Of a DNA stretch of 64,000 nucleotides, positions 63,259-64,000 are shown one piece after another (the stretch's first letter is position 1; every line of letters starts with the position of its first letter). A model generated the notes under the pieces. The model was not told the DNA's origin. It worked only from the letters and a program-made list of their open reading frames with translations, and did no database searches. The stretch is taken from assembly GCA_963740315.1 (NCBI GenBank), contig CAVUDP010000002.1:2816001-2880000 (forward strand), written 5' to 3'. This DNA comes from an uncultured cyanobacterium (GTDB lineage Bacteria > Cyanobacteriota > Cyanobacteriia > Cyanobacteriales > Nostocaceae). The translations under genes were made by a program, and so were the position numbers.

Positions 63259-64000
63259 ATGACACTTGATAATAACCAAGGGCTTACCTATAAAAACTCG
63301 CAGTCTCCAGGACAGCAAGGAATCTCGCTAGCAGGAATTAGTACCAATAACCCTTTTGGTCATTCTGGGCTAAGTTTGGGGCAAAATGGCGATAATAACC
63401 ATTCTCCTCAAGAAAATCCTGTTGGGGATATTATTCCCGGCAGAGTCGCCAATATAAAAGTAATTGGTGTCGGTGGTGGTGGTGGAAATGCCGTCAACCG
63501 CATGATTGCTTCAGATTTGAGTGGAGTCGAATTTTGGTCAATTAACACCGATGCTCAAGCTTTAACGATGGCTGCGGCTCCTTGTCGCTTGCAAATCGGA
63601 CAAAAGCTAACGCGGGGTTTGGGTGCGGGTGGTAATCCTGCGATCGGTCAAAAAGCTGCTGAGGAATCGCGAGATGAAATTGCCACGGCTTTAGAAGGAG
63701 CCGATTTAGTATTTATCACCGCTGGTATGGGAGGCGGTACAGGTACGGGTGCAGCGTCGGTAGTGGCTGAAGTTGCCAAAGAAATGGGAGCCTTGACGGT
63801 TGGTGTAGTTACCCGTCCGTTCGTGTTTGAAGGTCGCCGTCGTACCAGCCAAGCAGAGCAAGGTGTTGAAGCTTTGAAGAGTCGGGTAGATACCTTAATT
63901 ATCATTCCCAACAATAAACTTTTAGAAGTGATCCCAGAGCAAACACCCGTACAAGAAGCTTTCCGTTATGCCGATGATGTATTGCGTCAAGGTGTACAAG
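63259..64000 (+). CDS. ftsZ: cell division protein FtsZ (runs off the window end)
   Basis: Manual translation MTLDNNQGL...[17 protein letters not shown]...[10 protein letters not shown]...[12 protein letters not shown]. Confidence 0.98.
   Translation, partial: MTLDNNQGLTYKNSQSPGQQGISLAGISTNNPFGHSGLSLGQNGDNNHSPQENPVGDIIPGRVANIKVIGVGGGGGNAVNRMIASDLSGVEFWSINTDAQALTMAAAPCRLQIGQKLTRGLGAGGNPAIGQKAAEESRDEIATALEGADLVFITAGMGGGTGTGAASVVAEVAKEMGALTVGVVTRPFVFEGRRRTSQAEQGVEALKSRVDTLIIIPNNKLLEVIPEQTPVQEAFRYADDVLRQGVQ

Noticed and set aside
63648..63914. 88-aa minus-strand ORF
   Set aside because: Antisense shadow of ftsZ. Other antisense ORFs inside well-supported genes (e.g. 3631..3978, 48774..49292, 54938..55306) were rejected likewise.

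Overview
AT-rich chromosomal window from a filamentous cyanobacterium, probably Nostocales (inference from frequent HIP1 octamers GCGATCGC, heptamer STRR arrays and photosynthesis genes). Core genes include ndk, speA, cugP, scpA, pdxH, argB, aroK, ubiX, an RNase R/II gene, ndhCKJ, rubA-ycf48-psbEFLJ, psaI, sigF, psbO and ftsQ-ftsZ. Accessory genes include a LysM-GH24 lysozyme, arsM-arsS, queD next to a GIY-YIG/DUF4357 nuclease, a TPR-CHAT protease broken by a 1-bp frameshift, orphan antitoxin-like genes, and a P-loop ATPase paired with a large degenerate-ATPase/TPR/STAND/WD40 protein. The most notable unannotated signals are: (1) a tandem pair of candidate minus-strand sRNA genes at about 1.67-2.01 kb, each with a shared upstream direct-repeat motif, a -10 box, a Yfr1-like anti-Shine-Dalgarno seed and a terminator; (2) 21-27 bp hairpin modules nested inside MITE/REP elements and inside each other; (3) a PilP-like lipoprotein downstream of sigF; (4) a membrane TPR protein followed by a small acidic protein with a repeated G[GE]IPPWDD motif. 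No rRNA, tRNA, CRISPR array or transposase was seen. All family assignments come from motif recognition by eye, not database searches.
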